The notes under the pieces are model-generated. The model had not been told where the DNA came from. It was given only the letters and a program-made list of their open reading frames with translations, and did no database searches. Shown one piece after another: positions 22,371 to 32,687 of a stretch of 32,687 nucleotides of DNA. Both the position numbers and the translations under genes were made by a program. The DNA lies in contig MU058645.1 of assembly GCA_013265495.1 (NCBI GenBank), forward strand, positions 746,001 through 778,687. Direction: 5' to 3'. This DNA is from Vicugna vicugna. Lineage: Eukaryota. The number at the start of each line of letters is the position of its first letter. Positions within the stretch are counted from its first letter, which is position 1.

Positions 22371-22690
22371 CTCAATTTATCCCTTCTCACCCCTCCTCCT
22401 CGCTAGTAACCATCAGTTTGTTTTCTATGTCGGTGAATCTGTTTCTGTTTTGTAAAGAAGTTCATTTGTGTGAGTTCAAGATTTGCAGATACCAACTACT
22501 ATATATAAAATAAATAAACAACAAGTTTATACTGCATAGCCACAGGGAATTATATTCAATATCTTGTAGTAACCTATAATGAAAAAGAATATGAAAAGGA
22601 ATATATAAATGTATATGTACAACTGAAACATGATGCTGTACACCAGAAATGACACATTGTAACTGACTATACTTGAATTAAGAAAGAAAG
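22364..22690 (+). mobile_element. 5'-truncated lineage-specific L1 with an inverted 5' segment (about 22364-22469 antisense, 22472-22690 sense)
   Basis: Antisense AACCATCAGTTTGTTTTCTATGTC...TGTTTCTGTTTTGTAAAGAAGTTCATTTGT, then sense GAGTTCAAGATTTGCAGATAC...GCTGTACACCAGAAATGACACATTGTAACTGACTATACTT. Confidence 0.85.
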
Positions 22691-22691
22691 T

Positions 22692-22893
22692 AAGAAAATA
22701 GATCCACAACAAGGACCTACTATATAGCATAGGAAACTATATTCAATTTCTTGTAATAACATATAATGGAAAAGAATCTGAAAAGAAATTACATATGTGT
22801 ATGTATTTGTATAACTGAATCACTTTGCTATATACCTGAAACTAAAATTGTAAATCAACAACACTTCAGCAAAAGAAAGTTTTTTTTAAAAAA
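22692..22893 (+). mobile_element. Second L1 3' end of a different cetartiodactyl-type subfamily
   Basis: ACAACAAGGACCTACTATATAGCATAGGAAACTATATTCAA...ATAACTGAATCACTTTGCTATATACCTGAAACTAA. Confidence 0.88.
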
Positions 22894-23947
22894 GGGCAAG
22901 GAACTCCCTGTGATGTGGGAATCAAATCCTACAAGTGTCTGCTTCCCTGCTCTGTGGTCTTTTGGCACATGATGAGCACAGCACATCACAGCAGATCAAG
23001 ACACAATCATAGCAAGTTCTCAGCGTTTAAAGCTAAGACGGCTTTAGGACGCTTCATCCCATGGTCAACTCCGGGAGCGAGAAGCAAGCCCCTTCTTAGC
23101 CATCTGATGGATTAATGGGCGACATGAATTGTGGCTCAGCTCCGGGATGCTAGGTAGTTAACAAATGTCACCATTTATTGATGGGAATGAAATTATGGGG
23201 ACAGGATGTAAGATGGAATCAGAAAGAAGAATTTAGTGTGAAACAGGAGCTTAAACAGTTTCAATAAATCAAAGAAATAAACCAAGAAGAAACACCTCAA
23301 GAAGTTCAAGCAACCCCATTAATAGGGGATGAAGTACTAGAAGCCAGAATAATTGAGTTATCCCAGAGAGGAAATCACATGTAGGGGAGAATTTACAGCC
23401 CTGTCCTGCCTGATAGAGCGAGATACAAGGAAGCTTTTAAGCAGCTGGAAGATGGAGAGAGAGCAAATATGAGCAATGGGAGGTGGAGATTTTCTTAGGA
23501 AAACACATCTCACCTTAGCAAAGATGCTTACCCCCCAGGGTGATCCTTCCAGGTAAGGGGCAGTCAGACTCTGTGCGTTAACTAACAGTGGAAATCAGTT
23601 AACCAAGAAACCACATTTTTAGGGGTATTGAATAATAATACCCCTGTTAGTGACTTCTTTGGGGGCACAAAGATAAACCCACATGCAAACAGGAAAGAAG
23701 GAGGAGGAGGAGGGAGGGAAGGGAGGAGGGGGAGGAGAAGACAGTGAGAAAACAGGGCCCCCTCTGCAGGTTCAGTGAGCAAGTTTTTGGTCTATTGGCT
23801 GCGTTGGGGATGTGTCGATGGCCCAAGGTGTTCTACTAAGACTGTCCCACAGAGGAAGCCACTCTGCTTATGCTAGAGCCCTAGGGACAGGGCCCCCAAA
23901 ACATGGAACATCAGACAGGAGGTCTGGAGGTGTCCTCTGATCTAGAA

Positions 23948-24207
23948 ATGCACTGTCCTATATGGTAGCCATGAGGTACATGTGATTATGAGGCCCCTAA
24001 AACATAGTCAGTTGAAAATTAAAATATCTCAATAATATAGTTTTATATTGATTAGGGTTTAAACGATAGTATTTTGGATATGTGGAGTTAAGTGAAGTCT
24101 ATTATGAAAAGTAACTTCGCCTGTTGCTTTTTGCTCTCTTAATGGGAGTAGTGGAAAAGTGTAAATGCTAGCTGTGGCCCACATCGTGTCTCTGCTGGAC
24201 AGCGCCA
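23948..24207. mobile_element. MER33-like hAT-Charlie MITE
   Basis: TIRs GCACTGTCC...GGACAGCGC. Flanks ATCTAGAA (23940-23947) and GGCTAGAA (24208-24215) fit the Charlie NTCTAGAN target preference. Confidence 0.82.
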
Positions 24208-24688
24208 GGCTAGAAAGAGAAGGAAGCAGGTGAGCCAGGCCTTCCCCTGCCTCTTGGCAACACCCTCAGGTTGAGGACAAGGGAGCAGCTGCTGCTGGTG
24301 GCTGGAGCGGTAGTGGGAGGCAGGGGGCTCCTGGGTGGTCCCCCTCCCAACCTCTAGACAAGAGACAGCAGGAACCCCAGATGGGAACGCCGTGCTGCAG
24401 GGGGCCGGAGACAGCTGGAGAGTGTTGGATCCACACCTGGAGGGTGGCAGAGGCAACGTCTCCACGTGGGGGCCAGGAGGACTTCATCACCGGCCCAGGT
24501 GACTCTCCAGGAATCCCCAAATCCAGGTAAGGACCGGAGCCAAGGAAACACTCTTCCATTCCTGTGACTACGGAACTCTTCCTTCCCCCGGCGAGTGTGG
24601 GGCGGGCAAGTCAGGGTTATTGACAAAAAGACAAGTCCTCGTTTAGTAAGCTCTTCAGGGAAATCACTGAGTACCAGCCAATCCAGAA

Positions 24689-25144
24689 AACGGGCGTTTC
24701 CTAGGGCTGCCATAACGGTATCGCAGAGTAGGTGCTGAAACGACAGAAATGGAGTCGCTCACAGTTCTGGAGACCAGAAGTCCAAAACTGAGGTGTTGGC
24801 AAGGTGGGTTCCTTCTGAGGCTGGGAGAGCCCATCTGTTTCAGGCTTTCCCTGGCATCTGGGGACTCACTGGCCATCTTTGGGTTCTCCGACATATGGAA
24901 GCATCACTCTAATTCTGCCTTCACCTGCACGGGGCCTTCTCCCTGTGTGTCTTCATCTCCTTTCTCTGTACGTCAGTCTCTGCGCTAACTTGACCCCTTT
25001 TGATAAGGACAAGTCCCATTGGATTAAGGCCTGCCCCTAACCCAATTACCTCGGTAAAGTTTCTGTCTCTAAATGAGCCCACATTCTGATGTCCTGGGGT
25101 TAGGACTCCAATGTGTCGCTTCAGGGACAAATTCGCCCATCACA
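24689..25144 (-). mobile_element. ERVL-MaLR solo LTR (MLT1C-like)
   Basis: TTTCCTAGGGCTGCCATAAC...CTCACAGTTCTGGAGACCAGAAGTCCAAAA...CACATTCTGATGTCCTGGGGTTAGGACT...CCCATCACA. Confidence 0.9.
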
Positions 25145-25419
25145 AGGTGGGAGTGGTCTGTTCGGACTAACTTAGCTACAGGCAGTGCGTGAGCAGTTCC
25201 GGTGCCAGGTCAACAGCTCAGGCGTGAGAAATAGAACTTCTCAAAATGTTCTTTCTGTGAGAAGTTTCAAAGCTTAGCCAACTGAGTGAACCAACTGTCT
25301 TCCCCAAGTTGTGTCTTGATTCCAAGGACCCGCCTAGTGCAGAGGATTTTTATTTCTGTGTTGGGTCAGGAGCTAGAATTTGATTGTTAATGTCTTCTAT
25401 CCAAGTGATTCATCTTCCG

Positions 25420-25740
25420 AATGATCCCACGTCCCAGGCGGACCTCTGTCATGATTCGCCGCAGCCCCACTGAGCCATCTGCACTGGCATCTTCCCACCC
25501 CGGAAGTCCAGAGGCTCCCTCTGCTTCCTTCTTAACACTTTACACACTGCAGACTCATGCACGGTTTCCATTCAGTGCTGCACACAGGAATCCCTGCAAA
25601 TGTGGGGCTGGGTGCAGATTCTGCTGCCCCACTTCTCCTCAAACTTCTCTGGACCTTCCTCTGGGGCTTCTCAACATCCCTGCCTTCCTCACTTGTCCTG
25701 TCTCTCTTCTCAACTTAATTCTAGAAAATCTCTTCTAGCT
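25420..25740 (+). mobile_element. Possible highly decayed L2 fragment
   Basis: C/T-rich composition and weak similarity to L2 sense sequence. Confidence 0.3.
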
Positions 25741-26779
25741 GAAGAAAGCTAGAAACCCAATTCTGACCGATGATGGCTCTTCCACATAATCACCCTACAT
25801 TTCTAGGCCTTTCACCAAGGCGGGTGGTCCTTCAGGACACAAAGGCCAAGAGGAGCAGGACAGGGTGCTGCGTGCCCTGCACCTCCCTGCTGAGACCAGG
25901 AGCACAGGATATCCACCCGCTTGGCTGGGAAGTGGAGGTGATGGGAAAGGAAGAATTCATGCAAACCCCCAAGAGGAGAAAAGGCATTAGTTGAAATGTC
26001 AACAAAGACACTCCTAACCCACTGGCGTGACTAACCTTGATAAGACATATAGAATGAGAGGCAGGTGTGTGCTGTTTTTGTTCAAATAAATCTTAATTAT
26101 GGTATAGGAAAAACACTGAAATGTACCACGTGTGGACCTAGGAGAGGCAGAGGTTTGCTCCTTATTAACTCCATGAAATCTCAGTAATTTGAGCTTTTTT
26201 AAAAAGCCATTCCACGGCCTCCAGATTATAAAGTAAGCACAACTCAGTTTTAAAAAAGTATTTGCCAGCAGAGTTTCCTGTGGGCTCTGCTACCGGCGTG
26301 GATGCTGCCGACATACGTTAAAACATGTTCTGCCCCAAATAGTTTAAACATTCCCCAGGCAACTTCGCTGCATCCTTTTTATTACAGACTGCAGAAGGGC
26401 GACCTTAGCCCCGACCATTTCTTATTTAACACATGTTTCAGATGATCAAAGTCTCCTTGATCTCAAGCTGCATCTGTTTGTCTGTCTAATTGTTTCACTC
26501 TGTATTCAATTACAGATTTCCGGAAGTGGCCGCAGACTCACCACCAGTTTTGAAGCCGTTTAGGCGACAGTACATGTGGTGGATCCAGTCTCAGGAGGCA
26601 GGCATCTCTCTCTGGACCAGAAATGGGGATTTTTACAGGATGGCGAGTCAGCTTCAGATCTTTCAGCACCAAGGGGTTTGTCTAATAGGAGTGCTTAGCA
26701 AACCAAACGGAGGATGATTGCAGAGTGATGAAATATTCAAGACGACAAAATAGCTACCCACAGAAAGGAACAGCGGCTG

Positions 26780-27110
26780 CCAGATAACCGGGTATTTTCC
26801 ACAGGCTTCTGGAGGCAGCGAGATCTGTACGAAGCAGCCGGCCACCCTGGGCGCAGATAAACCTAGTCCAGATTGCCCGGGGGCCTCCTGGCTCTCGCGC
26901 GCGCGGCCCTGGGGATCCCGCGGCCTGGGGAGCGCTGCACCCTTAGGCTCCCTGGAACCGCCCAGGAGGCTTCCGCTCGCTGCTGCCGGCCCTGCTCTGT
27001 GCAGAGCAGATACGCCAGCCGGCGCAGGGAGAAACACGGCCATAAATCACTGAGAGCGCCTTTTCAGGTGAACTCCCTCCACCCGCCGGGGAGCCCACCG
27101 CTCACAGAAG
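26780..27110. promoter_or_regulatory. Small CpG/GC-rich island-like segment with a PBX-HOX consensus site and GATA sites
   Basis: Dense CpGs (e.g. CTCGCGCGCGCGGCC). GGCCATAAATCA at 27038-27049 reads TGATTTATGGCC on the minus strand. AGATAA at 26782 and 26855. Confidence 0.45.
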
Positions 27111-27779
27111 GTTCAGGGAGCATCAGTTATGGAAACGCCTCCGAGTTAAGATAAGAGGTACATTTGGTTACTCATTTGCTTTCCAGTCCTGAATTGCAAT
27201 AACTCTGTTTCAGGAATCACCTTGCAGTCTCCCTTCTACTATTTGGTACGATTTTCTAACAGGAAGGGACCTTCAAAAATAAATATATGCCATATGCGTG
27301 TGTGTCTTTGTGTCTGTATATGTGTGTGTGTGGAATTTACCTAGGAATGAATCAGCTGGAAAAAAATTTTTAATTAATACCGATGGCAAAACTGGAAAGT
27401 CACTTGGTTTCAAATAGAATTCCTACTGCGAAGGCCGAAGAGGTGCCCGAGGATGGAACCACCGCAAGCATTTTGTCAGCTTTGTCAAAAGTAGGTTCCT
27501 AGCCTTTTAAATCCCTGCATCCTAATCCTTGCAGCTTCATGCGTGCCTCATAAACTCACTCTATAATGAGCATTTTACTTAAGCCATTTTTAGAGATTAG
27601 AACAGAGTTTATTTCCTTCTCCTTTTCGTTGACATTCCTTTTAATTCCTTCGTTCTATAAACTTAATTGCTATTTTGCTAGTCTCCGAGCAGCTAACCTA
27701 AGCCTTCTTTAAGCATTTCTTAGTCATTTTCCTTGTTATTTACCACATTCCTCTTTAGTCAGCTAAATGAAACTCGCAG

Positions 27780-28300
27780 GGTATGTCTTGGGTGAATAAA
27801 ACTTTCCGACGAGGCATTTGCTTTTTTGTTACAACTAAAGGTTTTACTGTACATCCTTTCCCTCTTCTGGGGGGCTTCAAACAGATGACAGAATGATTGA
27901 TACCAGCCATTAGTAATGTTTCTTTTTTCTTTATCTGGGGCAAAACACTCAATGTTACATTTGGTAGAAGAACCAATGCGCATTTGAGGCAATCACCACC
28001 GCCTTCTCCCAACCTGACAGACCTAGAGTCCGATCAAGGCACCTGAGCTTCCTCTTCTTCAGCTGGGGCCACGCTCGGGCAGCCGTCCGTTTTATCTCCA
28101 TGGCAGACTGCAGCTTTACTCTCTCACATGCGCCTGCCACAGCAGCAGCAGCGTTATAAAATAAACAAGTGCAAAATAAAATAAACAAGCTTGAGAGAAC
28201 CCGCTGAGGCCACGCCCTGTCTGGGTAATATAATTTCATCCAAGATAAGGACTTCAGAGAGCAGTTCAGTTATTTGCTAGTTTATTGTCTGTGATAAAAA
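27780..28300. promoter_or_regulatory. Candidate enhancer/promoter motif cluster in DNA with no recognisable repeat
   Basis: E-box/MEIS/PBX run at 27882-27901, GATA sites at 27931, 28092 and 28243, tandem FOX-type sites at 28156-28189, and KLF GCCACGCCC at 28209-28217. Confidence 0.45.
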
Positions 28301-28764
28301 TAGTGACAAACGTGGCAAGGGGACCAGGCATTGTTGTAAGAACTCTGCAGTGGGAGCCCATCAATAAGCACTGATAGTCAGGAAATCAGTTGCCATGATG
28401 ACTGGGTGTATACCTGTATATAATATATTTATTTAACTATATTAATCAAAATATAAGCCCTGGCAATCAGTTATTCAAAAAAGAGGAAACAAAAATGGAT
28501 TTGGCCAGTAACAGAGTGGCTGGCTTGATGATAAGCAGGGAGTCAAGTGTAAAAAGAGGCTTTTGTTGCAATGCAATTTGTTGCAACGCATTTTGAAACA
28601 CAATGTTATTTCTTACACAAGACCATTAGAGCACTAATTTCACTTGCGTATTTGTGTCTCTGGGGAAGATATTTCTCACCTCAGCCACCAGCAGGGCCAT
28701 GTCCCTACCGTAGAAAATAGCCACTTACATTTCTTTCAAGTGTCCCATTTCACAGGAGGCTGCT

Positions 28765-28960
28765 GTGTTCCTTTTCTCATTTGATCCTGTCAAACTCTGC
28801 CACAAAGATCTTTGATGGCCAGGGTGTTCATCATTATCCTGTTTCACCAAGAAGAAAACTGAATCTTACGGAGGTCACATGATATACCTAGCATCGCACA
28901 GCTGATGCCAGGATACAAAGACTTGAGTAACATTTTTATTCTGAATCTGATCTTCCTTCA
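28765..28960 (-). mobile_element. Old MIR fragment
   Basis: TCTCATTTGATCCT...ATTATCCTGTTTCACCAAGAAGAAAACTGA...ATCGCACAGCT. Confidence 0.65.
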
Positions 28961-30339
28961 ACAGTGCTGTAGCCACCTCTAACAACCATTTCTTAGCCCT
29001 GATTTAAAAAAAAATGGGTAGGAATTTTGTCCATTCCAACCTGAGCCCCAAGGTTAATGTAACCCAGGTTGACTTTCCCCTGTTCTTACCATGCAGTCAG
29101 TCAGAGATCTGGACCAGTAACTCGGAATCTCTATCAAAGTCTTGATAAGGACAGATGAAAAACACTCAGTCCACACAGTGTTGAAACTAGTCCAGTAAAA
29201 TCTCATACTGTCTACTCACCATGATCAGTCCTTCAGGGTAGGAAGTTGGGAAAGGACACAGTTTGTACACAGGGGTCTTGCCATTCGAGTTAGCAACTCT
29301 GTCATATTCCATAGGTGACCGACTTGGATGTGATTAATTCTCCAAGGTCATGAAGGTCGTGAGTATTTGAAGCCTCCATGAAACTGGTCAATGCCTCTGT
29401 TACAAACTAAAATGGAAATTACTACCCCTGGTAAAGCTACCAAATCAGATCGGGTAAGTACCAACTGTTTATTTGCTTGTTTTTTTAACTGGAAGTGGAA
29501 AGCTAGTCACTCAGGCTACAAATAATCTTCTGGAGAACACGTCCCTCACCACGTCCCTGGGCCTTGTAAGTCTCCCAGTCCAAATAGGGTAATGATGCCT
29601 GTTCATGTGCTTGGTGAATGGAAAAGACCCACCGAAACGGGGATGGAGTTTTTAGTCCCATCAGGATTATGATGTTATGTTGTAGATGGAATAGCATAGC
29701 ATAATCACGGTTTAATGTAGCATATTTAAGAGTTAAAAAAAAGGCCTGTACTGAAATCTAAGCCATCGCTATACGGGATGGAGTGTGGTCACTGCAGACG
29801 CGCAGCTGGACACGGCTTAGAGCCCGTACTGTCAGAGCCACCCTCTCCCTGTAGCTCTCCACGTCAGTCTGGATGAAGGGAGGTGAGAACCAGGGGCAGC
29901 CTCTGGAGGAAAGGAAGCCCCGGGACAAAGCGCATGGAGACCCCCATCTGCACACCCATCGCTCTTGCACCCTGTGTCTCAAACCCCCACAGCAGCCACA
30001 CTCAGTGTTTCAAAACGGGCTGTTCTTAATATTCACAGCACGTCTTTTTCCTCCTTGAAATCCAAAGTGGAAAATGTTTGTGTTTTTCCGAAAGTCACAA
30101 CCAAACGGTAACAGAACAGCAACAACAGAAGGAAACACGGGATGTGTTTGGTCCCTCAGGACCACGTTTAAAAATCCATCTCCTGCCCTTCAGAGAATGT
30201 GGGGCCAGAGTCCAGTACCTGGGGTCTTATTCCTTCATATACGTGAGGATGTTTAATTCAATAAATACAAATCATCACGGTAACAGTAATTATGTTGTCG
30301 CTATTGCTAATAATAATAACTAAGAAGACAGACCTAACA

Positions 30340-30432
30340 CCAACTTCAGAGATGGGAAAATTGAGGCCCAAAAAGGTACACGAACCACGCTGAGTTCTGG
30401 AGCAGGCCCTGGACTCAGGTCCTCTGAACATC
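30340..30432 (-). mobile_element. MIR fragment
   Basis: AGATGGGAAAATTGAGGCCCAAAAAGG...GGACTCAGGTCCTCTGA. Confidence 0.6.
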
Positions 30433-31407
30433 CACCAAGAAGATATCCCAGGGGAGCAGGCTGTTTCTCAAGGAAGTAATGATGATGCCAGAAGGCTGTC
30501 AGTCCCAGTTTAGTAATTTTATACACATCCTACTTGCAAATTCTTTTAAAATATATGTATATTTAATGTGGACATAAAAATCAATGTTTCAGCCTCAGCT
30601 CTGTTCACACCTGGACGCAGTGTAGAATGGAGAAGGCGGGGGTAAAATTAAAACCGTTGTTAACTTCCAGACACGGCTCTTTGTTGTTCTACGTTTGCCA
30701 TAACTGACTAAATGGTCGTGCTCACTTTTAATGCCGGTTTATTTATTTTTCTTGCAGTATTTCTTTAGCACTTTTTCTTCTCACATGACATTTTAATACA
30801 TAATTCAGAGATTTTTATGCCTCCCTGCATGGTCGGCATGATTTCTCGTGCTGTTGAGCAGCTCTATTTATGAGCAAATGGCCAAAATGTCTTTGATTAT
30901 TCATGGGGGGGAGGCATTTTTAAAAGCCGCTGGAAACTTTAACCACCTAAGTCCCAAATTGCTTTTCTGTGTTCCAGAGATTTGAGTACTCTGGCCTAAC
31001 CAGTAACAGTCTCTGTCCTGCTGGGCCGCCCACACCTCATCCACCACCATGGGGAGCTGGGGGTGGGGAGGAGCCCCGTGGTGAGGGGACAGACGCCTCG
31101 TGGGCTTCACACCCAGCGTCTCCGGGCCTCTCCTCTTTAAGTCTTGACTACCATTTTCTTAGTTTGTTCACGCGTGTTTGTTCCCCTGATTTTGCTGCTA
31201 ACTTCTGTCATTTTGGAAGCACAGAACCCCCTGGCTGGGCTCCCAAGAAGTTCCTGAGAAACCCCAGGAAGGCTGAGGCCAAGCCCCCACGGCCCCCGCA
31301 GCGTCACGCCCTCTGCCATTTCTCAAAGGCTCCCCTGGCACCTCCCTCCGAGATTCTGGGGTGAGAACATCCTGTCAGTGGAGGAGTAAAATTATACAGT
31401 AAGATGA

Positions 31408-31560
31408 TAAGATTTAGGGACCAGAAGGGCCTTGCAGACCGTGCACCTTTTTATTTTAAATGAGAAAGTCATCGAGAAATCGCGCTATGTGCACAGGTCA
31501 CAGGAAGAGTGAGCGGTAAGTGGCCGGTCGCCTTGAACACTAGTCCTTGTCTTCCAGAAC
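31408..31560 (-). mobile_element. MIR3/MIRc-like fragment
   Basis: GAAGGGCCTTGCAGACC...TTTTAAATGAGAAA...AGGTCACAGG. Confidence 0.5.
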
Positions 31561-32144
31561 ATGCTCCATCCACTCCCAGCCCCGTGAACTTTCTCAGGTA
31601 CACGTGGGTCTGTATGAGTGTCTGTCCTGAAGCCCACCCGCCCAGTTTGTCCCAGGGCCTGGCCTGAGTCCGCCCAGTGCCTGAAAGGTGCTCCAAACAG
31701 ACAGGCAGGCACATCCCCGTCCACTCCCGCCCAGCAGGGCTCCTCCCGGCCTCTTCGGAACGCTGTTTCCCTCTGCACCAGACTCTCCGCAGTTCAAAGG
31801 AGCCCAAGAGCAGGACAGGGGGAGACCAGTGACAAGGCTGATGAAGAAAACTGCCGAGAAGCTTCCCCGTCTCCGTCTGCTTCCTCCCTGCCTTGTCTAG
31901 TTTACTCCCACGCCGTGGATTCCCACACGTGTCCATCACAGCCACCTGGTCCTCAGTGTGAAGGAGACCTGGATGGAGCCCGTCTCAGCACAGCCACGGG
32001 GGCGAGCAGGAGTGGACATCAAAGCAGAGAGGAAGTCGCTGGGTGACTTACATGGTGAGAGAAGCAGGTGAAGCCTGTGACGGCCTGGTCCTGGAGCACC
32101 GGGAGCCTCCTGCCTCCAAGACAGCCGCGCACGGCTCCTTACGC

Positions 32145-32332
32145 CCTGCCTCCTCCGGCTCCCTTCTCCCTCTCTTTCTCTGCCTCACTTGCTCCCTCCT
32201 CTCCCAGCCCTTCACTTTCTCTCCTCCCTCCTTCCATCCCTCCTTTCTGCCTGACATCCTTCGTTTCTTCTTTTCTGTCTTTTTTTGTTCACTTTTGCCT
32301 TTCTTTCTTCTCTATCTTTCTTTCTCTTTTTG
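32145..32332 (+). repeat. Polypyrimidine (CT-rich) low-complexity tract
   Basis: About 190 bp that is mostly C/T. Confidence 0.85.
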
Positions 32333-32396
32333 CCAGAAAAGAAGCAGCCAAAGGTCCTTAGCATCTCACAGGAGCTTTAACTAAAAGAAGGATGTC

Positions 32397-32687
32397 GGAC
32401 TTCCGGGCAAGATGGCAGAGTAGAAGGACGCTTGTAAGTCACCCTCTCCCACAAATACACCAAGACCCACATCTACAGACCCACTCAGCCAACCAGAGCA
32501 CCTGCGGAACTCCAACAGATCATCGCCCTCTTCAAAAGATAAAGACGCCAAAAATCTGGTAGGAGAAAAGGAAAAAAGAAAGAACAAAAGGCAAAGCAGC
32601 GCGGGACGGGTCCCGCGGGGAGGGAGCGGCAAAGGAGGACTGGCGCTTGCTCGCTGGGTCTCCCCTCTCCAACTGAGAGGCCAGCGG
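32397..32687 (+). mobile_element. 5' UTR of a young lineage-specific (camelid-type) L1, continuing beyond the window
   Basis: Starts GGACTTCCGGGCAAGATGGCAGAGTAGAAGGACGC with a YY1-type CAAGATGGC at 32408-32416. CpGs are retained, and it is preceded by the A-rich target-like AAAAGAAGGATGTC. Confidence 0.88.

Noticed and set aside
24390..24475. CTCF-like motifs (GCTGCAGGGGGC, CCACGTGGGGGC)
   Set aside because: Each has several mismatches at core positions and lies in GC-rich background.
30817..30917. 9-bp inverted repeat ATGCCTCCC/GGGAGGCAT
   Set aside because: The short arms are separated by about 80 nt, which is compatible with chance.
1..32687. All ORFs in the supplied track (maximum 184 aa) as protein-coding genes
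   Set aside because: None resembles a protein family I recognise. Most overlap decayed repeats or low-complexity DNA, and no consistent exon chain is evident.
1..32687. CRISPR array, operon or other prokaryotic/viral system
   Set aside because: I found no regularly spaced repeat-spacer structure and no long ORFs; the content is typical eutherian repeat-laden DNA.

Overview
Mammalian non-coding DNA (intergenic or intronic). It is most likely from a camelid or related cetartiodactyl, inferred from recalled L1 5'UTR and 3'-tail sequences and from the absence of Alu, B1/B2, Bov-tA and PRE SINEs. I can support no protein-coding exon, RNA gene or prokaryotic-type system; the listed ORFs are short and mostly fall inside decayed repeats. 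Much of the window is interspersed repeat: MIR, L2, HAL1/L1M fragments, three or four MaLR (MLT1) LTRs, one ERV1 (MER41-like) solo LTR and hAT MITEs (MER5, MER33, MER63). A young, 5'-intact L1 begins at about 32397 and runs off the right edge. The most notable observations are a probable ancient MER121-like element with telomere-type repeats, a 41-bp locally templated copy inside an old L1, a twin-priming L1 inversion with a visible primer match, and a repeat-poor block at about 26.5-28.6 kb rich in PBX-HOX/MEIS/GATA/FOX/KLF motifs. All family names come from recalled consensus sequences, not from a search, and boundaries are approximate.
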